Source: Nitrospirota bacterium (lineage in GTDB: Bacteria > Nitrospirota > UBA9217). From it: a DNA stretch of 64,000 nt. The position numbers and the translations under genes were made by a program. The stretch covers positions 608,001 to 672,000 of the forward strand of contig OY760142.1 of assembly GCA_963663225.1 (NCBI GenBank). Reading direction: 5' to 3'. Positions within the stretch are counted from its first letter, which is position 1; every line of letters begins with the position of its first letter. Positions 48,473 through 57,278 of this stretch are shown in pieces. The notes beneath the pieces are model-generated. The model saw nothing but the letters and a program-made list of their open reading frames with translations. It did no database searches and was not told the origin of the DNA.

Positions 48473-48970
48473 ATGCCAACATCAGAGAAAAACCTGCAGG
48501 ATGCCTTTGCCGGCGAGTCCCAGGCCAACAGAAAGTATCTTGCGTTTGCAAAGAAAGCGGAACAGGAAGGCTACACCCAGGTGGCGAAACTGTTCAGGGC
48601 TGCGGCTGCGGCAGAAACCATCCATGCACATAACCACCTGAAGGAACTCGGTGGCATCAAGTCTACGGCGGAAAATCTGCAGGAGGCCATCAATGGAGAA
48701 TCGTATGAGTTCCAGAAGATGTATCCGCAAATGATCGCCGACGCCAAGGCAGAAAGCAACGACAGGGCCCTCAAAACATTCAATTACGCGAATGAAGTGG
48801 AAAAAATCCATGCAGCGCTGTACCAAAAGGCACTGAACAAACTTGGCAAAACAAAAGAAACCTTCGATTATTATGTCTGCAGAGTATGCGGATATACCGC
48901 TGAAGGTGAAGCTCCTGATACCTGCCCGGTCTGTAAATCAGGCAAAGTTGCATTTATGAAAGCAGAATAA
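48473..48970 (+). CDS. rbr: Rubrerythrin
   Basis: AFAGESQANRKY, AETIHA, GESYE..MYP, EKIHA, CRVCGY...CPVC. Confidence 0.95.
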   Translation: MPTSEKNLQDAFAGESQANRKYLAFAKKAEQEGYTQVAKLFRAAAAAETIHAHNHLKELGGIKSTAENLQEAINGESYEFQKMYPQMIADAKAESNDRALKTFNYANEVEKIHAALYQKALNKLGKTKETFDYYVCRVCGYTAEGEAPDTCPVCKSGKVAFMKAE

Positions 48971-49004
48971 CGGTCACCTGTTTCCCGGAAAACCATCGGT
49001 CCCT

Positions 49005-49040
49005 GAAAAGGAGGCAAGCTCCGTCTTTGCCTCCTTTTTC
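49005..49040 (+). terminator. Intrinsic terminator after rubrerythrin
   Basis: AAAAGGAGGCAA...TTGCCTCCTTTTT. Confidence 0.85.
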
Positions 49041-49262
49041 ATCAAAATCATCCATGCAATAACGGCCTCCACCCGTTGAGTCACGTTGTTCCTGTTGTTG
49101 ACTAATCCGGTTTTTTTTTGTAAAATCATTCCTAAAGTTGTGTCTGCTTATCAGTGCAAGCGATTTTTTCCTGAACCCTTTCCTTCACTGCGCTATCGGA
49201 GTATCAACTTCACCACGACTATCCGTTATGGTCTGAGGAGCTTTCAGTAACCATGGCCATAC

Positions 49263-50216
49263 ATGAAAGGTTTGCATATGCCTATTACGCTTGAACCCCG
49301 ATCCTTCTTAGACAAACTCTTGTCGCTTTATGGCAAAAAACGTGCATTTTACACATTGGAGCACGAATCGACACCGGCCTATTGCATCATCAGACGGGAA
49401 GGATTTCTTCAGGCATTGTTCAGAAAAAAAACCAGTCCACTGCCCGCGGGATGGCTGTATTCTGATGCACCCGCTTTTCGAACCGACGCAGAATACATCG
49501 CTGATTATACGGACGCGCTGTTCGGTAAAGGCCTCGGTCGTCAGCACAAGCTGGAACAAGCTCTTGCAGATTTCGACAGGGTGGTGGCACGCTGCAGCAA
49601 AAAGGAATCACCCGAGTTTAAAAAATCCGTTGCAGGGGCTCTGCTGCACAAAGGGTTCATTTTATACAAAATGTATAAAGAACCTGAGGCCAGAGCTGCG
49701 TATGAAGAAATCATTGCGCGCTACGGCAACGAGCAGGCCATTGAACTCAAGCAGGCGGTCGCCGAGGCGATGATAGGAAAGGGTAATACGTTCGAATGGG
49801 ACGACCTGTCAAAAGCTGTCTCCGCTTACGATGATGTCGTACGGCGCTTTTCCGGCGAGCAGTCAACTGAACTTAAAAAATGGGTAGCCGGCGCTTTGAT
49901 ACGAAAAGGCAACACACTCAAGTGCAACAATCCCGAACGTGATCTGGCCCCGGCAATACGTGCGTATGATGAGGTAATCGAACGTTTTGGCAATGAACAG
50001 TCCGTAGAGCTCAAAAAATATGTAGCCGAAGCGCTGATAAGCAAAGGAAATCTGTACAAAATGTATGACAAGCTCCCGGAAGCCCTGGCGGCCTATGAAG
50101 AAGTGACCAGGCGCTTTGAGGGAGAAGAGTCGGCCGAGATGAGGCTGTTTCTTGCCGAGGCGCAGTGCTACCACGATTTAGACCATCGAAGTTTAACAAA
50201 ACGAAAGAAACCGTGA
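49263..50216 (+). CDS. TPR-like helical repeat protein (five ~43-aa repeats)
   Basis: Repeats of AxxAYDEVxxRFGxEQSxELKKxVAxALIxKGN. Confidence 0.8.
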   Translation: MKGLHMPITLEPRSFLDKLLSLYGKKRAFYTLEHESTPAYCIIRREGFLQALFRKKTSPLPAGWLYSDAPAFRTDAEYIADYTDALFGKGLGRQHKLEQALADFDRVVARCSKKESPEFKKSVAGALLHKGFILYKMYKEPEARAAYEEIIARYGNEQAIELKQAVAEAMIGKGNTFEWDDLSKAVSAYDDVVRRFSGEQSTELKKWVAGALIRKGNTLKCNNPERDLAPAIRAYDEVIERFGNEQSVELKKYVAEALISKGNLYKMYDKLPEALAAYEEVTRRFEGEESAEMRLFLAEAQCYHDLDHRSLTKRKKP

Positions 50217-50304
50217 GTTCTTTACGACTAGTTGCTATTTGCGTGACGTATACGCCCCCTTCCCGTTCATGAGCAGTCTGTGACGGCGTCCCGCTTTTCG
50301 GCAC

Positions 50305-50339
50305 AAAAAAAGGTTGGCATGTAATACAACATGCCAACC
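50305..50339 (-). terminator. Terminator of the porin-amt-P-II operon
   Basis: AAAAAAA-GGTTGGCATGT-AATACA-ACATGCCAACC. Confidence 0.85.
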
Positions 50340-50361
50340 CAGGGAGGATCACAGCGATCTG

Positions 50362-50769
<408 letters not shown>

Positions 50770-50787
50770 TTACGACATCTCGCTTCA

Positions 50788-52143
50788 TTATGAATTGTAC
50801 GCATGCTCTCCATGCTGGCTTTCATCAAGACCGACCGTTTCCTCTTCCGCATCGACACGCAGACCAACGATCAGTTTTACAATCATGAATATGACAAATG
50901 TCACGACTGCGCAGTAAACAGCGGTCACCAAAATCGCTTTTATCTGGATCCACACCTGGATCGGATTGCCGTAGAACAATCCCTTGCCTGCATCATTGAT
51001 TGCGGGGTCAGCAAAAAATCCGGTAAGAAGCGCGCCAATCGTCCCGCCAACACCGTGAATCCCGAATGCATCAAGAGTATCATCGTATCCCAATTTCCGT
51101 TTTACGACGGCAACCGCATAGAAGGGAATAACGCCTGCTGCGATGCCGATGACCAGTGCTCCGATGATATTTACAAAACCTGCGGCCGGCGTGATGGCAA
51201 CAAGACCTCCAACCGCACCGGATGCAAGACCCAGCATGGTCGGCTTGCCGGAATGTTTCCATTCGACGAACATCCATGATAATGCAGCCATGGCAGTAGC
51301 CGTGTTGGTGTTGATGAACGCCGCACCGGCAAGGCCGTTCGCAGCAACCGCAGAACCCGCATTAAAGCCGAACCATCCGAACCAGAGCAATCCCGCTCCG
51401 GTCACCACCAGCGTCAGATTGCTCGGAAGAATAGGTTTGGTTTTTCTATTTCCGAGAACGAGGGCGCCGACAAGGGCCGCGATACCGGCGTTAATATGCA
51501 CAACCGTGCCGCCCGCGAAGTCCAGTGCTCCTGCCTGTGCCAGAAATCCTCCGCCCCAGACCCAGTGCGCAATCGGAACATATACAAAGCTGAACCAGAG
51601 TACGCAGAAAAGCAGCCACGCGGAAAATTTCATTCTTTCGATGTAGGCTCCGCTTGCCAGTGCAACGGTGATTGCAGCGAATGTCAGCTGGAACACCACA
51701 AATATCTGCTCTGGGATCGTCTTGGCAAGATCCGTTATGCTGTTCACACCGACTCCGCTCAGGAACAGTTTGTCCGCTTTTCCTATCCAGCCGCTTACAT
51801 CCGTACCAAATGCAAACGTGTATCCATAGAGAACCCAAAGAACGCTCACAATGCAGAAAGCAACAAAACTCATGGCCATAGTATTGAGCGAATCCTTGCG
51901 CTTTGCCAAACCGCCGTAAAACAGCGCCAAACCAGGCACTGTCATCAGCATGACGAGTGCCGTTGCAACAATCATCCAGGCTGTGTCGCCTGTATCAATC
52001 TTAAGCGGCGCTGCGGGAACCGCAGCGGCAGCAGCCGCAGGTGCCGCGGCCTCTTCCGCCAGAACGATTGCGGGAGCCGCAAGTACTGTCATAGCAAAGA
52101 ACAGTACAATCAAAACAATTGATTTAAGAAATGGACCTTTCAT
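50788..52143 (-). CDS. amtB: Ammonium transporter (copy 2)
   Basis: [44 protein letters not shown]. Confidence 0.96.
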   Translation of the reverse strand: MKGPFLKSIVLIVLFFAMTVLAAPAIVLAEEAAAPAAAAAAVPAAPLKIDTGDTAWMIVATALVMLMTVPGLALFYGGLAKRKDSLNTMAMSFVAFCIVSVLWVLYGYTFAFGTDVSGWIGKADKLFLSGVGVNSITDLAKTIPEQIFVVFQLTFAAITVALASGAYIERMKFSAWLLFCVLWFSFVYVPIAHWVWGGGFLAQAGALDFAGGTVVHINAGIAALVGALVLGNRKTKPILPSNLTLVVTGAGLLWFGWFGFNAGSAVAANGLAGAAFINTNTATAMAALSWMFVEWKHSGKPTMLGLASGAVGGLVAITPAAGFVNIIGALVIGIAAGVIPFYAVAVVKRKLGYDDTLDAFGIHGVGGTIGALLTGFFADPAINDAGKGLFYGNPIQVWIQIKAILVTAVYCAVVTFVIFMIVKLIVGLRVDAEEETVGLDESQHGEHAYNS

Positions 52144-52184
52144 TGTAACCTCCTGTCTTATGCATTACTGTTGCTATTGCCGGT

Positions 52185-53300
52185 TTACCACGTGTACATA
52201 ACACCCAGCGCCAACGTGTCCTGCTGCTTTTTCGTATTACCGTCAAACGAGTTTCTGTTCGACCAGTCATGCCGGTATTCCGGTCTCAGAATCAAGCTGT
52301 TGAGCAGCCGGGTTTCACAGGTAAGTGTTATTTCCTTCATTTCCTGGGCAGTACCGGTTCTGGCACCGTTGCGATCGTTGAAGTATTCACCCCTGAGCGC
52401 GATGCTGTGCATATCAGTGATGTCGTATTTCACAATCGTGGAAATGCCATGCCAGCTTGCATTCAGGTCGCCCGCGCCTTTTTCTTCATACCCAAGATCA
52501 GCGTTCAAAATGATTGCAAGCGGTTTTATTGGTTTAATCGTGGCCACTAGGTCGGCCAGTGATCGTTTGTTGCTGTTATTGTTGTTCTGCTCCGGACCGG
52601 TTATTAAATTGAGGCTGCTGGAGAAGTGATCAGCCGGCGCAAAACCGATGCTGAGGCCGTAGGATTTTCCTTTGTTGTTGTCGCTTGCATTGTCCCATCC
52701 ATTGACTGCCAGAATTGCAGCTGATACAGCATCGGTAAAATTGTAACCAATTTTAATTCCTGTGTGCGTAAGCGGTTCAGCGTAGTTGAACAGGAATGAA
52801 CGGGAATAATTCGGATTGTCACGTGCTTCGATGACTTCCGCTCCGATGAAGGTCGCCATTTTACCGAAATCTATCCGAACTCCCTTGCCGAGTGGTGCAA
52901 GATAGCTGATATAAACCTCCGTTAAATCAAAAGGTTGATCGGATGTTCCGAGCCCAGTAGCATGAATATATTTTGCTGTCTCTCCTGCCGAAAGCTTCAC
53001 TTTAAAACCGAGACTGTTCGCTGTCGCGGGGTCCTTGGCAAAAACAATCTGTGCCATATCCAGCATGAAGCTGTTTGCTTTTTGATCGAATATTCTAAGA
53101 TCATTTACGCCGGAATCGGGACTATTGAAATTGTAATTATAACTGCCCTGAAGATAGATGCTCAAACCGAGTGCTTTTTTAATTTCATCTACATTTGGTC
53201 CGGATGCCGGTTTTGCATCTTCTGCAAATACCGGAGAACCGAACATCGTTGCGCCCGCAAGAAGCAGCGCTGCACACAAAGCCTTAACTGTTTTACTCAT
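52185..53300 (-). CDS. Outer-membrane beta-barrel porin (BBP2/DUF1597-like)
   Basis: Signal peptide; GKMATFIGAEVIE..DNPNYSRSFLF..PLTHTG, NGWD, LRGEYF, RPEYRHD; C-terminal YTW. Confidence 0.88.
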   Translation of the reverse strand: MSKTVKALCAALLLAGATMFGSPVFAEDAKPASGPNVDEIKKALGLSIYLQGSYNYNFNSPDSGVNDLRIFDQKANSFMLDMAQIVFAKDPATANSLGFKVKLSAGETAKYIHATGLGTSDQPFDLTEVYISYLAPLGKGVRIDFGKMATFIGAEVIEARDNPNYSRSFLFNYAEPLTHTGIKIGYNFTDAVSAAILAVNGWDNASDNNKGKSYGLSIGFAPADHFSSSLNLITGPEQNNNNSNKRSLADLVATIKPIKPLAIILNADLGYEEKGAGDLNASWHGISTIVKYDITDMHSIALRGEYFNDRNGARTGTAQEMKEITLTCETRLLNSLILRPEYRHDWSNRNSFDGNTKKQQDTLALGVMYTW

Positions 53301-53414
53301 ATGTTCCTCCCCCCTCTTTCTTATTCTCCTGTTCTTTTACAACAGGATATTTTTATGAAAGCCTCCGGAGCCTTCTGAAAGTTGTGTATGAACAACTTCC
53401 TTGCTAAGATATTT

Positions 53415-53430
53415 TGCAAGGCATATGCCA
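53415..53430 (-). promoter_or_regulatory. Sigma54 promoter of porin-amtB-P-II
   Basis: Minus strand TGGCATATGCCTTGCA; IHF consensus TATCAATCTGTTA at 53458-53470. Confidence 0.85.
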
Positions 53431-53576
53431 CAATGGAGAGGCAGGTACTACAGGGGATAACAGATTGATAATGTTGAAGAGATTAGACAGTGTGATGAGT
53501 GCAGTATTGAATGAGGATTTTTTGCAGAAGATATATTTTAATCATCTGATTAAAAATAATGCAGGATTGTGAAGCG

Positions 53577-54428
53577 TTACACGCTGATTCTGAAGCCGGC
53601 ATAACCAGGCTTCACCATTTCCCCGAGTGAAGCGCGCAGCGATTCCACGGCCGTGTCTCCGGTGCAATGGCAGGGCACGACTACATTCATATTCAATGTT
53701 CTCAGTACTGCGTTTGTTTTCGCCAGACGTTCCGCGGAAGAACTTCTAAGATGCAAACCGCCGATAATAGCTGCAATAGTCGATTCACCCGACGCATTAC
53801 GGACAGCGGCAATGGTATTAATAATGCCGGAGTGGCTGCAGCCGGAAATGATGATGAGCCCTTGGGGGGTCTTCATCCACAGGGCCTGGTCGTCATCAAT
53901 AAGGTCGCGAGTCCGGGCTTCAGCGTCCAGAAAAAACGGCCCGCCGGTGTCCTCAAAATCTGTTTTTCTCGGAATGGGGCCGGTCAGGCCGATACCCGGC
54001 GCGACAAACACCGGCTGCGTCGTTACGTGCAGCCGGTCTGATGGCACTCCCGCCAGGGCGGCTTGCGCATCCTGCGGCATGTGGACTGCTTTGGCTTTGT
54101 CTGGCGACGGAATACTGTAACGCAGTATCCCTGCGGCCGGATGAACATAAACGTGTGCTTTTGCATTTTTCCTGAGGATATGGGAAATTCCACCGGAGTG
54201 GTCGTAATGGCCGTGGCTCAATATAACTGCATCGGCATCTTCAAGCCGGATACCGAGTTTTTCTGCGTTATGAGCCAGGGCTTTTTCATGACCGGTATCG
54301 AAAAGGATGCGACTGCCCCCCATCTCGATCCAGAGGGAAAACCCGTGTTCTGTGATCAGGCCTTCACCGGCTTTGTCATCCACCAGTACGGTAATCGTTG
54401 CAGTAGCGTCCATTTCATCATGCCGCAA
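53577..54428 (-). CDS. MBL-fold metallo-hydrolase
   Basis: EHGFSLWIE, ILFDTG, LSHGHYDHSGG, DDQAL, SGCSHSG, IGGLH, PCHCTG. Confidence 0.9.
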   Translation of the reverse strand: MRHDEMDATATITVLVDDKAGEGLITEHGFSLWIEMGGSRILFDTGHEKALAHNAEKLGIRLEDADAVILSHGHYDHSGGISHILRKNAKAHVYVHPAAGILRYSIPSPDKAKAVHMPQDAQAALAGVPSDRLHVTTQPVFVAPGIGLTGPIPRKTDFEDTGGPFFLDAEARTRDLIDDDQALWMKTPQGLIIISGCSHSGIINTIAAVRNASGESTIAAIIGGLHLRSSSAERLAKTNAVLRTLNMNVVVPCHCTGDTAVESLRASLGEMVKPGYAGFRISV

Positions 54429-54809
54429 TTAATGCGCGCACCCTCCGCCATGACTGTGTCCGCCACAGCACTGGGAAAGCGTCAACTCGGCAAGCGTCCC
54501 GTTCCGGAACATCTCGATATTCTGCCGCACCGTGCCGCCCTGGGAGCGGTATACTTTCAGCCCCATTCTATTCAAGCCGTTCAGCGCGCCTGCGCCGATG
54601 CCGCCCACGACAATCGCATCCACCTGCCGGTTGTCGAGCGCTTTCATCGGGCTGCACATGCCGTGCGCATGGTGCTGGTCGCGGTTGTTTATTACGTCGA
54701 CCGTGTTTGCATCGATGTCGACAACCAGAAACATCGGCGCTGAACCAAAGTGGTTGTACACCGTGCTGTCCATCCCTTCTTCATTTTGTACCGGAAAACA
54801 AATCTTCAT
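54429..54809 (-). CDS. NifB/NifX family Mo-Fe cluster-binding protein
   Basis: MKICFP, HFGSAPMF, VVGGIGAGA; His/Cys-rich tail CCGGHSHGGGCAH. Confidence 0.9.
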   Translation of the reverse strand: MKICFPVQNEEGMDSTVYNHFGSAPMFLVVDIDANTVDVINNRDQHHAHGMCSPMKALDNRQVDAIVVGGIGAGALNGLNRMGLKVYRSQGGTVRQNIEMFRNGTLAELTLSQCCGGHSHGGGCAH

Positions 54810-54838
54810 ACTAAATCTCCTTTTTTAATGAAATATTA

Positions 54839-55114
54839 TTACTCAAACACAATCGCCCCGCCCTGCGTCAGGGCCATGGCAACTTTTTTTCTCGCCGCGG
54901 CAAGGATTCTTTGAACGGTCCCGCGTGATACACCCATACGAACGCCTGCTTCCTCCTGGGTCAGCCCATCAAGATCACAAAGCTTCAAGGACTCGAGTTC
55001 ATCCCGGGAAAGGGTAATCCGCATAACCTCACTCATCGGGATACCGGTAGGCTTGAACGCTTTACCGCGGAATTGACATCCGCAGAATCTCGGTTTTTTA
55101 CATCGAGGAGACAC
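54839..55114 (-). CDS. DUF134 DNA-binding protein
   Basis: PRCKKPRFC...FKPTG...ELESLKLCDLDGLTQEEAGVRMGVSRGT..ARKKVA; GTG start. Confidence 0.92.
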   Translation of the reverse strand: MSPRCKKPRFCGCQFRGKAFKPTGIPMSEVMRITLSRDELESLKLCDLDGLTQEEAGVRMGVSRGTVQRILAAARKKVAMALTQGGAIVFE

Positions 55115-55133
55115 TACACCACCCCCAGCATTC

Positions 55134-55178
55134 TGTGCATATGCACAAAATGATACTCGAAACATCTCATGTTGTCAA
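55134..55178 (-). promoter_or_regulatory. Promoter plus palindromic operator of the DUF134 operon
   Basis: TTGACA-17-TATCAT followed by the perfect palindrome TGTGCATATGCACA (55134-47). Confidence 0.75.
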
Positions 55179-55229
55179 TATCTTTTTGTCGAAACACGAC
55201 GCCTAGCATTACAGTCCTGATAAGCGAAT

Positions 55230-55263
55230 AACACAAAGGCGCCATGTGGCGCCTTTGTGTTTT
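55230..55263. terminator. Intrinsic terminator closing the YeeE operon
   Basis: ACACAAAGGCGCCA-TG-TGGCGCCTTTGTGT. Confidence 0.8.
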
Positions 55264-55306
55264 CTAAATCAGTCGGTTTTCTTAGAGATAACGAAGATAT
55301 CTGTAA

Positions 55307-55408
55307 TTACTTTGCTCCACCTTGTCGTGGGTCCCCACGGTAGCCCAAAGCTTTCCAATCAAGCCGCCCTTTCGCACCGTGGCAATCATTGCACTTGGGC
55401 GCAACCAT
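55307..55408 (-). CDS. 33-aa CxxCH micro-ORF (possible remnant of an octaheme cytochrome c C-terminus)
   Basis: GAGGGAGG RBS, then MVAPKCNDCHGAKGRLDWKALGYRGDPRQGGAK*; not in the ORF track. Confidence 0.6.
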   Translation of the reverse strand: MVAPKCNDCHGAKGRLDWKALGYRGDPRQGGAK

Positions 55409-55471
55409 GCGTGCCTCCCTCTGTGAATTGACTTCTGTATATGTCAGCTCGCATTCACACGGAATTTATAC

Positions 55472-55933
55472 TTATCTCCGCCTCCAACCGCTCCAGACAG
55501 GATAACCGTTTTCATCTCGAAGTTTTAACACTTCCTCTCCTTTCTTTATCTCTGCCGCAATAAGAGCGGGACTGCCATTGAAAACAATCCTTGAACCTTT
55601 GGCTTCAATTTTGTCGTTTACGTTTATTTTGACATCCTGATTTTCAAGATACCATGTCGGCCCGAGATGAACGGATATATTTCCTTTGGCGGTTTTCAAA
55701 AGAACATGCATACCATGCGACATTCCCCGCATCGGAGCGATTAGGTCCACTGTTACTACTTCTCCGCTGACAACTTCAACGGTCTTGGGATCATACATCC
55801 GCCCGTATTGGGAGCCCATGCCCCATCCGCCGCTTCCTTTCCACATCATGCCGGGTTGAGCAAAAGATTCCATCGCCAACAAAGGGCACAAGAGAAGCGC
55901 AAACAAAAGTAGTATGATTCTAACTTTTCTCAT
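55472..55933 (-). CDS. Secreted OB-fold-like protein
   Basis: Signal peptide; GWGMGSQYGRMYDPKTVE..SGEV, VHLGPTWYL, GSRI, LRDENGYPVW; AAGGAG RBS. Confidence 0.75.
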   Translation of the reverse strand: MRKVRIILLLFALLLCPLLAMESFAQPGMMWKGSGGWGMGSQYGRMYDPKTVEVVSGEVVTVDLIAPMRGMSHGMHVLLKTAKGNISVHLGPTWYLENQDVKINVNDKIEAKGSRIVFNGSPALIAAEIKKGEEVLKLRDENGYPVWSGWRRR

Positions 55934-55967
55934 ACGCACTCCTTTATTCATAATTGTGTGTAGAACA

Positions 55968-56495
55968 TCAGAGGCCTTTTTTCTCAAACCATCGGAAAAG
56001 CAGCAATGTTCCGACTGTGAAAACGACGATCACCACCCAGTGATTGACGCCAAGCATCTGCGGGACGGTAATCTTCCCGAAGACTCCCCATGTCAGCACG
56101 GTTTCTTTTAACGCAGGATACGCCTCTGCAAAGATGGCAGCACCGGTCAACATGCCCAGAATGCCCCAGACCGCATCCCATCTTCCTTCCCCAAGAGCCC
56201 CCATCTGGGTGCCGGGACAATATCCGAGCACGCCCCACCCAAGCCCGAAGATAAGTCCTCCCAGCACCTGAGCTCCGATGATGGTCGGCTTGATCTGCAA
56301 TTTCACAATCCCAAAGTCCTTCAGAAGATAAACGCCGATCATGGCGACAAGAATGCTCGAAAGCATGAATTTGACAATGGTCATATCCATCAGCCGCAGC
56401 GCGCCGACCTGCTTGTCATATCTGATCACTCTGCCTTTCTGGAGCAGAAATCCGAACATAATGCCGGTCACCAGTCCCAAGAGAAGTATGTTCAT
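55968..56495 (-). CDS. YeeE/YedE sulfur-transport family subunit B
   Basis: GIMFGFLLQKG, GGLIFGLGWGVLGYCPGT; ATGA overlap with the upstream subunit. Confidence 0.9.
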   Translation of the reverse strand: MNILLLGLVTGIMFGFLLQKGRVIRYDKQVGALRLMDMTIVKFMLSSILVAMIGVYLLKDFGIVKLQIKPTIIGAQVLGGLIFGLGWGVLGYCPGTQMGALGEGRWDAVWGILGMLTGAAIFAEAYPALKETVLTWGVFGKITVPQMLGVNHWVVIVVFTVGTLLLFRWFEKKGL

Positions 56496-57016
56496 CGCCG
56501 GTCACCCCCTCCGTACAGAATGCGCGCCATAACAATTCCGCCTACAAAAAAACAAACCAAGGCAATAAATCCGCTCACCGCAAGCTGAAGCGAACCGCTC
56601 AGCCCATGGCCGCTCGGTCAGCCATCAGCCAGACGGGCGCCGAACATCGCCACGGCGCCTCCGAGAAACGCCGCAGCCGCCCGCTTTGGCACACTCGGGC
56701 CGAAACGTTCCATCCACATGTCAGGCACGGCTTTCCATTGGAAACTCCGTGATGCAAAAGCCGCAATCAAGGCACCAATAAATATTCCGACTACAAACAT
56801 CCATTGCCAGTCTATTTTCGGCACCTCTTTGATAAAATACGCCATGGACGCCACGCGTTCTGACGCCACGGTCTGCTCGATCATTCCGGCTGTTTTCACA
56901 AACGTTGTTGATGCTCCGAGAAACTTGTCCGCCGTAAGAACGGCAAACAGCGACACGAGCCCGCTCAATGCGCCTGCCACATACGGGTTCCATCCTGCAT
57001 CTTGTTCAGATTTCAT
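56492..57016 (-). CDS. YeeE/YedE sulfur-transport family subunit A, probable selenoprotein (U133)
   Basis: WNPYVAG...FGARLADG-(TGA 56620-56618)-PSGHGLSGSLQLAVSGFIALVCFFVGG...GGDRR*; hairpin GCTGAGCG-GTT-CGCTTCAGC after the UGA. Confidence 0.88.
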
Positions 57017-57278
57017 TCCGGCCTCCTTTCAAGAAGTAATTTGTATATGCGATTTTATGCAACTATGTAATAAGGGTAGCAAGGAGACTGCGGTCTGTCA
57101 AGAAAACGGGAAAAAATTTGCCGTATTTTATAAATGATGATTCATCGAACTTAAGGAATATATCGCTTTGAGAATACCAGTTGGGGAAATGGCTGGCTCT
57201 GCGGAGAATCTGCGGACTTCACAGTTGTGTGGCAACCGATCCTGCGATCCGAAGATATGGTGAATTTTTTGGTGTCGG

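Noticed and set aside
54429-54809. Evidence of nitrogen fixation from the NifB/NifX-like gene
   Set aside because: Stand-alone NifX-like proteins next to DUF134 are widespread in non-diazotrophs; no nifHDK here.
55472-55933. Magnetosome gene (MamS/MamX-like domain resemblance)
   Set aside because: No other mam genes or magnetochrome motifs in the protein; the domain type is not specific to magnetotactic bacteria.
56618-56620. YeeE subunit A as a nonsense-truncated pseudogene
   Set aside because: The TGA falls exactly at the conserved Cys, the downstream frame is intact and translationally coupled, and a SECIS-like hairpin follows.
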